DNA from: an uncultured Alphaproteobacteria bacterium | GTDB lineage: Bacteria; Pseudomonadota; Alphaproteobacteria; Rhizobiales; Xanthobacteraceae | Length of the DNA stretch: 64,000 nucleotides | Direction: 5' to 3' | NCBI GenBank assembly: GCA_963808205.1 | Contig: CAWEER010000005.1 | Location: 402,835 to 466,834 of the forward strand | In this document: piece by piece, positions 42,163 to 51,892 of the stretch | Numbering within the stretch: the first letter of the stretch is position 1 | How the letters are laid out: each line of letters opens with the position of its first letter | Translations under genes and position numbers: made by a program | Notes under the pieces: model-generated | The model's database searches: none | What the model was told of the DNA's origin: nothing | The model's input: only the letters and a program-made list of their open reading frames with translations

Positions 42163-43989
42163 ATGCAGCTTCGCAACATCGCCATTATCGCCCACGTTGA
42201 CCATGGCAAAACCACGCTGGTCGACCGCCTCCTGCAACAATCGGGCTCGTTCCGCGAGAACCAGCGGGTGGCCGAACGCGCACTCGATTCGAACGATCTC
42301 GAACGCGAGCGCGGCATCACCATCCTCGCCAAGGCGACGTCGCTCGTCTGGCACGACACCCGCATTAACATCGTCGACACTCCGGGCCACGCCGATTTCG
42401 GCGGCGAGGTCGAGCGCATCCTCAACATGGTGGATGGCGCACTGGTGCTGGTCGATGCCGCCGAGGGGCCGCTGCCGCAGACCAAATTCGTCGTCACCAA
42501 AGCCCTCAAGATGGGGCTGAAACCGATCGTAGTCATCAACAAGGTCGACCGCTCGGACGCCCGTCCCATCGAAGTGGCCAACGAGATTTTTGACCTGTTC
42601 GCAGCCCTCGACGCGACCGAGGAGCAGCTCGATTTCCCCATTCTCTACGGTTCGGCCAAGCAAGGCTGGATGGCGTCCGATGCCGCAGGTCCCAAGGACC
42701 AGGGTATGGCGCCGCTGTTCGATCTCGTCATCCGCCACGTCGCGCCGCCGCAGGTCGAGGAAGGCCCGTTCCGCATGCTGGGAACGATTCTCGAGGCCAA
42801 TCCCTATCTCGGCCGCATCGTCACCGGTCGCATTAGTTCGGGTTCAGTGAAACCCAACCAGATGGTGAAGGTGCTCGACCGCAACGGTGAACTGGTCGAA
42901 GAAGGCCGCGTCACCAAAGTGCTCGCCTTCCGCGGACTAGAACGGGCGCCAATCGACGAGGGCTTCGCCGGCGACATTATCGCCATCGCCGGCCTGCCGG
43001 AGGCGTTCGTGTCGCATACGCTGTGCGCGCCCGAGGTGACCGAACCGCTTCCGGCGCAGCCGATCGATCCCCCGACGCTCACCATGACATTCCGCATCAA
43101 CGATTCTCCGCTCGCCGGCACCGAGGGTGACAAGGTGCAAAGCCGGGTGATCCGCGAACGCTTGCTGCGTGAGGGGGAGGGCAATGTCACGCTGCGGATT
43201 TCCGAATCGGTCGAGAAGGATTCGATGGAAGTTGCCGGCCGCGGCGAGTTGCAGCTCGGCATCTTGATCGAAACCATGCGGCGCGAGGGCTTTGAGCTTG
43301 CGGTATCGCGACCGAAGGTCCTGTTCCAGCATGGCCCGTCGGGCGACTTGCTCGAACCGATCGAGGAAGTCGTTATCGACGTCGACGAGCAGCATTCCGG
43401 CGTGGTCGTGCAGAAGCTCGCCGAACGCAAGGGCGAGATGGTTGAAATGCGCCCCTCCGGCGGCGGCCGCGTCCGACTGATCTTCTACGCGCCGACGCGC
43501 GGGCTGATCGGCTACCAGGGCGAACTTCTCACCGACACGCGCGGCACTGCGGTCATGAACCGGCTGTTTCATGCCTACGGCCCGCATCGCGGCGACATCA
43601 CCGGCCGCCGCAACGGCGTCTTGATCTCGACCGATCAGGGCGACGCCGTCGCCTACGCCATGTGGAATCTCGAGGACCGCGGCCCGATGATGATCGAGCC
43701 CGGCTGGAAGGTCTATCGCGGCATGATCGTCGGCGAGCACACGCGCGGCAACGATCTGGAAGTCAACGTGCTCAAGGGCAAGAAGCTGACCAACATCCGC
43801 ACCCATTCCAAGGATGAAGCGGTGCGCCTCACGCCGCCGATCCGCATGACGCTGGAAAAGGCGCTCGCCTATATCGAGGATGATGAGCTGGTCGAGGTGA
43901 CGCCGAAATCGATTCGGCTGCGCAAGAAGCTGCTCGATCCTAACGATCGCAAGCGCGACGAGCGGCGCAAAGAAGCCGAACGCGTGTAA
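42163..43989 (+). CDS. typA: Translational GTPase TypA/BipA
   Basis: ORF 42148..43989, ATG 42163. MQLRNIAIIAHVDHGKTTLVD, DTPGHADFGGEVER, NKVD. Confidence 0.97.
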   Translation: MQLRNIAIIAHVDHGKTTLVDRLLQQSGSFRENQRVAERALDSNDLERERGITILAKATSLVWHDTRINIVDTPGHADFGGEVERILNMVDGALVLVDAAEGPLPQTKFVVTKALKMGLKPIVVINKVDRSDARPIEVANEIFDLFAALDATEEQLDFPILYGSAKQGWMASDAAGPKDQGMAPLFDLVIRHVAPPQVEEGPFRMLGTILEANPYLGRIVTGRISSGSVKPNQMVKVLDRNGELVEEGRVTKVLAFRGLERAPIDEGFAGDIIAIAGLPEAFVSHTLCAPEVTEPLPAQPIDPPTLTMTFRINDSPLAGTEGDKVQSRVIRERLLREGEGNVTLRISESVEKDSMEVAGRGELQLGILIETMRREGFELAVSRPKVLFQHGPSGDLLEPIEEVVIDVDEQHSGVVVQKLAERKGEMVEMRPSGGGRVRLIFYAPTRGLIGYQGELLTDTRGTAVMNRLFHAYGPHRGDITGRRNGVLISTDQGDAVAYAMWNLEDRGPMMIEPGWKVYRGMIVGEHTRGNDLEVNVLKGKKLTNIRTHSKDEAVRLTPPIRMTLEKALAYIEDDELVEVTPKSIRLRKKLLDPNDRKRDERRKEAERV

Positions 43990-44272
43990 GCGCGCGCCTC
44001 GCACGTCGCGCCGGATCACCGGCGCGATATATCCTGTCACAATTCCCGGCCGGCGGTACGCGGTAACTGCAAAAACCGGGGAACCGTGACGCTATTGCAA
44101 CAGCACGCCCAGATTGCGCGCCATGTGCGCATTTTCCTGTTGGCAAATGTGGCAAGGGCCGCGTTTTTCCCCCTATAATCGGCATCGTTAACCGAAGGTG
44201 AATCTGGAGCCTTGAAGCCTACCGAACCACTTGCTTTGATTGCGCCATGAAACTTGGAAGAAGCCTCGCATC

Positions 44273-44782
44273 ATGAGCACCGTCCTCATCGAAATCCGCC
44301 GCGCCCGCGCAGTCGATGCCGGCGCCGTTGCGGATGCTCACGATGAGGCATGGCGGACGGCCTATCAGGGCATCATTCCGGGCGCCGAACTCGAAAAACT
44401 CATCAACCGCCGCGGTCCGGCGTGGTGGGACTCTGCGATCCGCAAAGGCAGCCGCATCGCGATCCTGCAATTTGGCGACAAGATCGCGGGCTACGCCAAT
44501 TACGGGCGCAACAGGGCGCGCAGCCTCTATTACGACGGCGAGATCTACGAGCTTTATCTGCGGCCTGAATACCAAGGCCTCGGCTTCGGCCGCCGGCTCT
44601 TCACCGCGGCGCGGCGCGACCTTGCGCAAAGCGCGCTCAAGTCGCTGATCGTGTGGGCGCTGTCGGAGAACGAGAACGCGGTCGAATTTTATCGCGCGCT
44701 CGGCGGCAAGGCAGTCGCGCGCTCGTCGGAAAAATTCGGCACGCGCGTTCTCGACAAGGTCGCGTTCGGCTGGAATAGCTGA
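44273..44782 (+). CDS. GNAT-family N-acetyltransferase
   Basis: ORF 44240..44782, ATG 44273. Acetyl-CoA motif LRPEYQGLGFGRRLF. Confidence 0.85.
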   Translation: MSTVLIEIRRARAVDAGAVADAHDEAWRTAYQGIIPGAELEKLINRRGPAWWDSAIRKGSRIAILQFGDKIAGYANYGRNRARSLYYDGEIYELYLRPEYQGLGFGRRLFTAARRDLAQSALKSLIVWALSENENAVEFYRALGGKAVARSSEKFGTRVLDKVAFGWNS

Positions 44783-44784
44783 GC

Positions 44785-45666
44785 TTACACTTCAGGCACC
44801 GGCAATTTCGCCTGCATGCAGGCCGCGCGCAGCGTATTGAACAGCAGGCACACGATCGTCATCGGACCAACGCCGCCGGGCACCGGCGTGATGGCGCCAG
44901 CGACCTTGACGGCTTCCGCAAAATTCACGTCGCCGACGATGCGGGATTTGCCGTCGCGGATCACGCGATTGATGCCGACGTCGATCACGGTTGCGCCGGG
45001 CTTGATCCAGTCGCCACGGATAAATTCTGCGCATCCGATGGCGACACACAACAGTTCGGCGCGCCGGCAAAGCTCGGGAAGATGGCGTGTGTGCGTATGC
45101 GCAACGGTCACCGTTGCATTTTCGTTGAGCAGATATTGCAACAGCGGATTGCCGACAATATGCGAGCGGCCGATCACGAGGGCGTCAATTCCGACGAGCG
45201 TCGGGTGCACCGTCTTGGCAAGCTTAATGCAGCCGATCGGCGTGCACGGCACCAGCGCCGGCAGCCCTGTCATCAACCGGCCGGCATTGAGCGGGTGAAA
45301 GCCGTCGACGTCCTTGTCCGGATCGATGGCGGAGAGCACGCGCGCCGGGTTGATCTGCGCCGGGAGCGGTAACTGCACCAGGATGCCGCTCACCGCGGGA
45401 TCGGCATTGAGCTTTGCGATAAGGACGAGCAGGTCCGTCTCGCTCGCCGCTTCCGGAAGATGATGATCGAAGGACCGCATGCCGGCCTCGGTCAGCGCAC
45501 GCGACTTGCTCGCAACGTAGGTCATGCTCGCCGGGTTTTCGCCGATGAGCACGACTGCGAGCCCTGGCACGATGCCGTGCGCGGCCGTAAGGCGGCGTGT
45601 TTCCGCCGCCACGGCAGCGCGCATATCAGCGGCGATTGCCTTGCCGTCAATAATACGGGCGGTCAT
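44785..45666 (-). CDS. folD: Bifunctional methylenetetrahydrofolate dehydrogenase/cyclohydrolase
   Basis: ORF 44785..45699, ATG 45666. [12 protein letters not shown]..., [30 protein letters not shown]. Confidence 0.96.
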   Translation of the reverse strand: MTARIIDGKAIAADMRAAVAAETRRLTAAHGIVPGLAVVLIGENPASMTYVASKSRALTEAGMRSFDHHLPEAASETDLLVLIAKLNADPAVSGILVQLPLPAQINPARVLSAIDPDKDVDGFHPLNAGRLMTGLPALVPCTPIGCIKLAKTVHPTLVGIDALVIGRSHIVGNPLLQYLLNENATVTVAHTHTRHLPELCRRAELLCVAIGCAEFIRGDWIKPGATVIDVGINRVIRDGKSRIVGDVNFAEAVKVAGAITPVPGGVGPMTIVCLLFNTLRAACMQAKLPVPEV

Positions 45667-45698
45667 GGACCTGTTCTGCACCGATTCGGTGCCGTGCA

Positions 45699-45989
45699 TC
45701 AGATGAAAATCTTGGCGATGTTCGGAATGATGACCGACTGAATGAAGATGATGATAAGAAATAGGATAACCGGCGAAATATCTATACCGCCGAGATTCGG
45801 CAGCATGTTGCGAATGGGACGCAGCACTGGCTCAGTAACCCGGTACAGAAATTCCGCGATCATGTTAACGACGGGATTGCGCGTGTTCACCACATTGAAC
45901 GCAATCAGCCAGCTCAGAATCGCCATAGCGATGACGACATAGAGGTAGAGTGTGAGGACATACGAGATGAAGCCGAGAAATTCGATCAT
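45699..45989 (-). CDS. yggT: YggT-family membrane protein
   Basis: 96 aa, two TM helices, ...[21 protein letters not shown].... Confidence 0.85.
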   Translation of the reverse strand: MIEFLGFISYVLTLYLYVVIAMAILSWLIAFNVVNTRNPVVNMIAEFLYRVTEPVLRPIRNMLPNLGGIDISPVILFLIIIFIQSVIIPNIAKIFI

Positions 45990-46091
45990 TCCTTTGCCCC
46001 AGACTGGCGCGCCGCTGGCGCAGGTTTAGCGATCTTGCCGTCCGTGAACAAGCTGATGCTGAAAAGCCAGACGGCGGGCGAAGAGGTGGGC

Positions 46092-46167
46092 TGGTGGAGC
46101 CGAGGGGAGTTGAACCCCTGACCTCCTCATTGCGAACGAGGCGCTCTCCCAACTGAGCTACGGCCCC
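46092..46167 (-). tRNA. tRNA-Ala (anticodon CGC), CCA encoded
   Basis: The reverse complement is GGGGCCGTAGCTCAGTTGGGAGAGCGCCTCGTTCGCAATGAGGAGGTCAGGGGTTCAACTCCCCTCGGCTCCACCA. It folds as a cloverleaf with the G3:U70 Ala identity pair, anticodon loop TTCGCAA and T-loop GGTTCAACTCC. Confidence 0.95.
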
Positions 46168-46306
46168 GCCGAGGGGTAAACCGGCCACATTAGCGCCGGC
46201 TTTTGGCGAGTGGGCGCCATTTAGGACCGCTGCCGCAGGGTGTCAAGGATTGCCGTTATCGCTCCAGCCAGCACAAAACCGGACACGACGAATATAATCG
46301 GCGGCG

Positions 46307-47539
46307 ATGACGCATGATTCTTCCCCCGCAACACCGCTGCTGCACCATCCCGCCTTTCTGCGCTTTCTCTATGTTCGCGTTGCGGCATCGGTTGCGCTGC
46401 AGATCCAGGTCGTCGCGGTCGGCTGGCAGATGTATGAACTGACCGGCAGCCCGTTCTATCTCGGCCTGATCGGGCTGGTGCAGTTTTTCCCCGTGGCGTG
46501 TTTCTTCCTGGCGACCGGCCATGTCGCGGATCGCTACGACCGGCGCTACGTTACCTTCATCGGCGAGATCGTCGAGGCGGCTGCTGTCACGATCCTCTCC
46601 ATCGCGGCGGCGAACGGCAGGCTTTCGCCGCACCTGCTTCTTGCCATGGCCTTTGTCGTCGGCACCGGCCGCGCCTTCGAGCAGCCGAGTGTGCAATCGG
46701 TTTTGCCCAATATCGTGCCGGCCGGCCTCTTGCCGAGTGCCGTCGCCGCCTCGACTTCCGCCTCGCAGGCCGCGATCGTCGCCGGACCGGCGCTCGGCGG
46801 CCTCCTGGTCGCGTTCAGCCCGACGATTGTCTTTGCGGTCAGCGCCCTGCTCTGGCTCTCCGCGGGAATCGTCATGCTCGGCATCGCGGTCGAACGCAAC
46901 ACCACACCGCGGACACCGGTCGATCTCAAATCGCTGTTCAGCGGCGTCGTCTTTATCAGCCGCCACAAGGTTCTCCTTGGCGCGGCCCTCCTCGATCTGT
47001 TTGCGGTCTTGCTCGGCAACGCCATGGCGCTGTTGCCGATCTTTGCCCGCGATATTTTTGCATCCGGACCGCTTGGCTTCGGATTGCTGCGGGCGTCACC
47101 CGCGGCGGGCGCCATCATCACGTCGCTGATCATGACGCGCTGGCCGATCTCGGCCCGGGTTGGACGCATCATGTTCCTGGCGGTCACGGTCTTCGGCCTT
47201 GGGACGATCCTCCTGGCGCTGGCGCCGAACTTTGCTTTCGCTTCTGCCGTCCTCCTTGTCATCGGGGCGGCCGACACGATCAGCGTCGTAATCCGTCAGA
47301 CCATGGTGCAGATAAGAACGCCGGACGAGATGCGCGGCCGTGTCTATGCCGTCAATTCGATGATCACGATCACGTCGAACCAGCTTGGCGATTTCCGCGC
47401 CGGCGCCGCTGCCGCTCTGTTCGGCACCATCCCCTCGGTGCTGATCGGCGGATGCAGCATCATGGTGATTGTCCTGATTTCGACCAAGATTTTCCGGGAC
47501 CTGTACCAGGCCGAAACCTACCAGGCGGTGCGCGCCTGA
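46307..47539 (+). CDS. MFS transporter
   Basis: 410 aa with about 12 hydrophobic segments. The GHVADRYDRR-type loop between TM2 and TM3 is typical of MFS proteins. Confidence 0.85.
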   Translation: MTHDSSPATPLLHHPAFLRFLYVRVAASVALQIQVVAVGWQMYELTGSPFYLGLIGLVQFFPVACFFLATGHVADRYDRRYVTFIGEIVEAAAVTILSIAAANGRLSPHLLLAMAFVVGTGRAFEQPSVQSVLPNIVPAGLLPSAVAASTSASQAAIVAGPALGGLLVAFSPTIVFAVSALLWLSAGIVMLGIAVERNTTPRTPVDLKSLFSGVVFISRHKVLLGAALLDLFAVLLGNAMALLPIFARDIFASGPLGFGLLRASPAAGAIITSLIMTRWPISARVGRIMFLAVTVFGLGTILLALAPNFAFASAVLLVIGAADTISVVIRQTMVQIRTPDEMRGRVYAVNSMITITSNQLGDFRAGAAAALFGTIPSVLIGGCSIMVIVLISTKIFRDLYQAETYQAVRA

Positions 47540-47637
47540 TTGAATAAGGGCACTGGCAGCGGGCGCTCTCGTGCTGCATCATGGCGGCGGCTGGTTTGCA
47601 GCCGTCTTGGGCCGGGCGAAACTAAAAAGGACGACGC

Positions 47638-48450
47638 ATGCGAATGCTCACGGCACGGCTGATTTTTCTGGTCCTTTGCTTGTCCGCGCTCACGCTGCCT
47701 GCCGCGGCGGCCGCGCCCTGCGGCGGCGATTTTGGCGTCTGGCTGCAAGGGGTCAAACAGGAGGCTGCAGCACAAGGCGTCTCGCAGCGCACGATCCAGT
47801 CGGCGCTCGCCACCGTGACCTTTGATCCGACCATCATCGTGCGCGACCACGCCCAAGGCGTGTTCCGGCAGAGCTTTGAGCAGTTTTCCGGCCGCATGGT
47901 GCCGCCGCGGATGGCACGGGCCCAACAGATGCTGCTGCGCTACGCCCCGGTCTTCAGCCGGATCGAGCAGCAGTTCGGGGTGCCCGGACCGGTCATCGTC
48001 GCCATTTGGGGGCTGGAAACCGACTTCGGCGCCAATTCCGGAAAATTCCCGACCGTCCGCTCGCTGGCATCGCTCGCTTTCGATTGCCGCAGGCCGGATA
48101 AATTCCGCGGCGAGTTGATCGCTGCGCTGCAGATCATCGATCGCGGCGACATGGCGCCCGCCGATATGCACGGCGCGTGGGCCGGCGAGATCGGCCAGAC
48201 CCAGTTCCTGCCATCGTCCTATCTCAAATACGCGGTCGACTATGACGGCAACGGCCGGCGCGATCTGATCCGCAGCGTGCCGGACGTGCTCGCCTCAACG
48301 GCCAATTATCTGAAAGGTTACGGCTGGCAGCGCGGTCAGCCCTGGGGCGAAGGCACCGCGAATTTCCAGGTGCTGCTGCAATGGAATTCGTCGCAGGTTT
48401 ATACCAAGACAGTCGCCTATTTCGCGCAGCAACTCGCCGACGGGCATTAG
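47638..48450 (+). CDS. Lytic murein transglycosylase (MltB/SLT_2 type)
   Basis: RBS AAGGA and a signal peptide. VIVAIWGLETDFG, GEIGQTQFLPSSY. Confidence 0.88.
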   Translation: MRMLTARLIFLVLCLSALTLPAAAAAPCGGDFGVWLQGVKQEAAAQGVSQRTIQSALATVTFDPTIIVRDHAQGVFRQSFEQFSGRMVPPRMARAQQMLLRYAPVFSRIEQQFGVPGPVIVAIWGLETDFGANSGKFPTVRSLASLAFDCRRPDKFRGELIAALQIIDRGDMAPADMHGAWAGEIGQTQFLPSSYLKYAVDYDGNGRRDLIRSVPDVLASTANYLKGYGWQRGQPWGEGTANFQVLLQWNSSQVYTKTVAYFAQQLADGH

Positions 48451-48453
48451 AGT

Positions 48454-48494
48454 ATGATCCGGAAAAGTGAAAACCGGTTTTCCGAAAAGATCAT
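48454..48494. repeat. REP-like palindrome, family D
   Basis: ATGATCCGGAAAAgtgaaaaccggTTTTCCGaaaaGATCAT, intergenic. It is related to 53305-53349: both share ATGATCCG, AAGTG.AA.CCGGTTT.CC and GATCATGC. Confidence 0.75.
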
Positions 48495-48518
48495 GCTCCA
48501 ACAAGTAAACCAGAGCAT

Positions 48519-49205
48519 TCAGCTTCCGAGCCAGCGTTCCAAGAACACGCTGAGCCAGGCGCGCGCGGAATAGTCGTAGACCGCGCGGTCGGCGAAATGT
48601 TCGTGACGCGGCTTGGCGCCAGGCAGCGTCATGCGGTCATGGCCGCGTGTAGTCCATTTGTGCATCATGGCGTGCGTCACGTCGGGATGGAATTGCAGCG
48701 CAAACGCCCGGCCGGAACGGATCGCCTGCACTTCGAACGTATCGCCGGCAGCAAGGAGTTCGGCACCGGCCGGCAGATCGAAGCCCTCGCGGTGCCATTG
48801 ATAAACACATTCGGGCCACGCATCGACAACGGCGAGGCCCGCGTCCGTGGGCCGGATCGGGTAATAGCCGATCTCGGCGTGACCATGCGGATGCTTGAAG
48901 ACTTTGCCGCCAAGCTGCCGCGCGCACATTTGCGCGCCGAGACAGATGCCGAGAAAGGGCTTGTTCTCCCGCAGCGGCACGCCGATCCAGTCGATCTCCC
49001 GGCGGATGAAATCATCCTCGTCATTGGCGCTCATCGGGCCGCCGAAGATGATCGCGCCGTCATGCTCTGCCATAGTCGCCGGCAGCAAATCGCCGAAACG
49101 CGGCCGGCGGACATCGAGCGGATAGCCCAGCTCTCTGAGCGCGTTGCCGACGCGGCCCGGTGTGGAGTGCTCCTGGTGCAAGATGATCAGAATCGGCTGT
49201 TGCAT
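48519..49205 (-). CDS. Class I glutamine amidotransferase-like protein
   Basis: Nucleophile elbow FLGICLGAQM and LQFHPDV. Confidence 0.85.
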   Translation of the reverse strand: MQQPILIILHQEHSTPGRVGNALRELGYPLDVRRPRFGDLLPATMAEHDGAIIFGGPMSANDEDDFIRREIDWIGVPLRENKPFLGICLGAQMCARQLGGKVFKHPHGHAEIGYYPIRPTDAGLAVVDAWPECVYQWHREGFDLPAGAELLAAGDTFEVQAIRSGRAFALQFHPDVTHAMMHKWTTRGHDRMTLPGAKPRHEHFADRAVYDYSARAWLSVFLERWLGS

Positions 49206-49284
49206 GACGCCGGCGATTCGAACGCGCCTTTGCCAAGTCCTACCGCGTTAATCCGGCGGAATCAAAGCGCGATGGCGGCGGCAA

Positions 49285-50067
49285 TCAATGCCCGCCCACA
49301 TTCCCGGTGCGCTGGTCGACGGCCCGAATAAGCAGCGCGTGCGGCACAAAACGCATGAGCGACACCGCGATCCTGTTACCGAGCCCTGCGATCACGACGC
49401 GCCGGCCGCGCATGAACGCGTCATATCCGATCTGCGCCACGCGGTCGGGCGGCAGTTCGATGATGCGCGCCGCGCTTGGCAGCGTCATGCCGGAACGGGC
49501 CTGGAATTCGGTCGGCACCGGCCCCGGGCAGAGCGCGGTGACCCGGATGCCGCGGTCTGCCAGTTCGCGATGCAGCGCCTCGGAGAAAGACAGCACGTAA
49601 GCCTTGGTGGCGTAATAAACGGCCATGCCGGGACCGGGCAGGAATGCGGCGATCGAAGCGACATTGAGAATGCCGCCGTGATGGCGCTGGAGGCTGTCGA
49701 CGAACGCCAGCGACAGTTCGGTGAGCGCACGCACATTGAGATCGATCATGCCGAGCTGTTCGTTGCGGTCGAGACGCGCCGCCGCTCCGCTCAGGCCGAA
49801 GCCGGCATTATTGACCACGATTTCGGGCTCAAGGCCGCGTGACGCCAGCGCGGCCGCAAGCGCGGCAACGGCATCGCGCCGCTCGAGATCGGAGGTCAGC
49901 ACGTCGGGCCGCGGCCGGCCCGATGCCGCGATCTCGTCGGCCAGCGCATTGAGCCGGTCCTCGCGCCGCGCCACCAGCACCAGCTCGTGCCCATGCGCGG
50001 CAAAGACGCGCGCCAATTCCGCGCCGATACCGGCCGACGCGCCGGTGATCAGCGTGACCGGCTTCAT
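49285..50067 (-). CDS. Short-chain dehydrogenase/reductase (SDR)
   Basis: ORF 49285..50160, ATG 50067. TGASAGIG and YYATKAY. The start overlaps the TerB-like stop (ATGA). Confidence 0.9.
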   Translation of the reverse strand: MKPVTLITGASAGIGAELARVFAAHGHELVLVARREDRLNALADEIAASGRPRPDVLTSDLERRDAVAALAAALASRGLEPEIVVNNAGFGLSGAAARLDRNEQLGMIDLNVRALTELSLAFVDSLQRHHGGILNVASIAAFLPGPGMAVYYATKAYVLSFSEALHRELADRGIRVTALCPGPVPTEFQARSGMTLPSAARIIELPPDRVAQIGYDAFMRGRRVVIAGLGNRIAVSLMRFVPHALLIRAVDQRTGNVGGH

Positions 50068-50537
50068 GCGCCGCTCCCGCCATCGCCTTCGCCGCCAATC
50101 CGGCGGCGCAACTCGATGCGCTCGCGCGGCGAGACGCCGAGGAGATCGGCGGCGCGCCACAAGAGATTGTCCTCGAGCTCGTCACGCCGGCCGTCGGCAT
50201 AGACGATTTCCCACATCATCTCGATGATGCGCGCCCGGCCCTGCTCGTCGAGTACGCGGTTGAGCAATTGCGTGAAGTGATAGAGGTCCACCAATTCATG
50301 CTCAGCCGCCGTCGCTTTTTCGATCAGCTCGGCGGTCGCCGCATCGTCGAGCGCGAAACGCTGCTTGATGACGGTATGAAGCTTGTCGCGCTCGCTCTGC
50401 AAGATATCGCCGTCGATCGTGGCGGCATGCACCAGGAGCGCAGCCGCCGCAAGCCGATAGTCATTGTCCGCAAACTGGCTGGGATGTTTTTCACCGTCGA
50501 CGATATCGGAGATGAAATTCTTGAAAGATTCGAACAT
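50064..50537 (-). CDS. TerB-family (tellurite-resistance-like) protein
   Basis: 157 aa. YRLAAAALLVHAATIDGDILQSERDKL...IVYADGRRDELEDNLLWRAADLLGV matches the TerB-like helical pattern. Confidence 0.75.
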   Translation of the reverse strand: MFESFKNFISDIVDGEKHPSQFADNDYRLAAAALLVHAATIDGDILQSERDKLHTVIKQRFALDDAATAELIEKATAAEHELVDLYHFTQLLNRVLDEQGRARIIEMMWEIVYADGRRDELEDNLLWRAADLLGVSPRERIELRRRIGGEGDGGSGA

Positions 50538-50695
50538 GAAACCTTGCTGTTTTGCCGGGATCTGGCCCCACGTTCATATCACAATGTAAAGCGTCCGGTT
50601 CAAGGCTGGCGCCTCCGCCGGCGCCGCAAAATCCCTTGCCAAGCCCGCGGATTGAGCTTTTTCTTAAGGATGTATCCATTTTCGCAAAATCGGCA

Positions 50696-51883
50696 GTGAC
50701 AACAGCTACGCGCACACAAGTGGCGATCATCGGTGGCGGCCCGGCGGGCCTGCTGTTGTCGCACATCCTCCACCGCAACGGCGTCGACTCCATCCTCCTG
50801 GAGCGGCAGAGCCGCGCCTATGTCATGCAGCGAATACGCGCCGGCGTGCTGGAGAACGGCAGCGTCGCGCTATTGCGCGACGTCGGGCTCGGCGCGCGCA
50901 TGGATCGCGACGGCCATCCGCACCACGGGTCGGCAATCGCCTGGGAAGGCCACGAGCGGTTCTTCATCGACACCAAGAAGTTCACCGGCAAGATCATGAT
51001 GACCTATGGCCAGACCGCGCTCACCGAGGACCTTTATGCGGCGCGTGACATGGCCGGCGGCGCGATCATCGATCAGGCAGCCGACGTGCAGCTACATGAA
51101 CTCACGACGAACCGGCCCTATGTGACCTACGAGAAGGACGGATCTAACCGGCGGATCGACTGCGACTTCGTCGCCGGCTGCGACGGGTTCCATGGCGTGA
51201 GCCGCGCCTCGATCCCGGCTTCGCTGCTCAAAACCTACGAGAAGGGCTATCCGTTCGGCTGGCTCGGCATCATGTCGGAGACGCCGCCTTATCCCGACAT
51301 GGTCTATTGCTATCACAGCCGCGGTTTTGCGCTTGCCTCGATGCGCAATCCGATGCTCAGCCGCTACTACATCCAGTGCGACCTCGATGCAAAACTCGAG
51401 GAGTGGCCGGACGACCGCTTCTGGGCGGAATTCAAGGCGCGCTGCCCGCAAGACATGGCCGAACGGATCGTCACGGGTCCCTCGATCGAAAAGTCCATCG
51501 CGCCGCTGCGCAGCTTCGTTGCCGAGCCGATGCGTTACGGAAGACTGTGCCTGGCGGGCGACGCCGCCCATATCGTACCGCCGACGGGAGCGAAGGGATT
51601 AAATCTCGCCATCTCGGACGTGTTCTATTTGTCGCGCGCACTGACGAACGTTCTCCGCGACGGCAATACGCATTATCTCGACTGTTATTCCGACATGGCC
51701 TTGCGCCGGGTCTGGAGCTCGGCGCGCGTGTCTTGGTGGCTGACCATGCTGCTGCATCGCTTTCCCGATGAAGCGCCGTTCGACGCGCAGATGCGGCTGA
51801 ACCAGTTCAATTATCTCCACGCTTCCACGCACGCCCAAGCGTCGCTGGCGGAGCAATATGCCGGCTTGCCGTTCGAGTCCTGA
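50696..51883 (+). CDS. pobA: 4-hydroxybenzoate 3-monooxygenase
   Basis: ORF 50552..51883. VAIIGGGPAGLLLS, LAGDAAHIVPPTGAKGLNLA. There is no ATG near the conserved N-terminus. GTG 50696 would give about 395 aa, so the start is uncertain. Confidence 0.9.
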   Translation: MTTATRTQVAIIGGGPAGLLLSHILHRNGVDSILLERQSRAYVMQRIRAGVLENGSVALLRDVGLGARMDRDGHPHHGSAIAWEGHERFFIDTKKFTGKIMMTYGQTALTEDLYAARDMAGGAIIDQAADVQLHELTTNRPYVTYEKDGSNRRIDCDFVAGCDGFHGVSRASIPASLLKTYEKGYPFGWLGIMSETPPYPDMVYCYHSRGFALASMRNPMLSRYYIQCDLDAKLEEWPDDRFWAEFKARCPQDMAERIVTGPSIEKSIAPLRSFVAEPMRYGRLCLAGDAAHIVPPTGAKGLNLAISDVFYLSRALTNVLRDGNTHYLDCYSDMALRRVWSSARVSWWLTMLLHRFPDEAPFDAQMRLNQFNYLHASTHAQASLAEQYAGLPFES

Positions 51884-51892
51884 GCGGGAACG

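Noticed and set aside
44007-44026. Hairpin CGCGCCGG-atca-CCGGCGCG just after typA, considered as an intrinsic terminator.
   Set aside because: The stem is good, but it is followed by atatatcc rather than a U-tract, so I cannot support a terminator call.
45990-46306. Flanks of tRNA-Ala, checked as a possible integration hotspot or genomic island boundary.
   Set aside because: There is no integrase, no direct repeat of the tRNA 3' end and no composition shift. The neighbours are yggT/folD and an MFS gene of native composition.
50552-50695. The N-terminal 48 codons of the pobA ORF (MPGSGPTFISQCKASGSRLAPPPAPQNP...).
   Set aside because: This stretch is low-complexity, precedes the conserved Rossmann start (VAIIGGGPAG), and would make PobA about 50 aa too long. 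GTG 50696 is preferred, though its RBS is weak.
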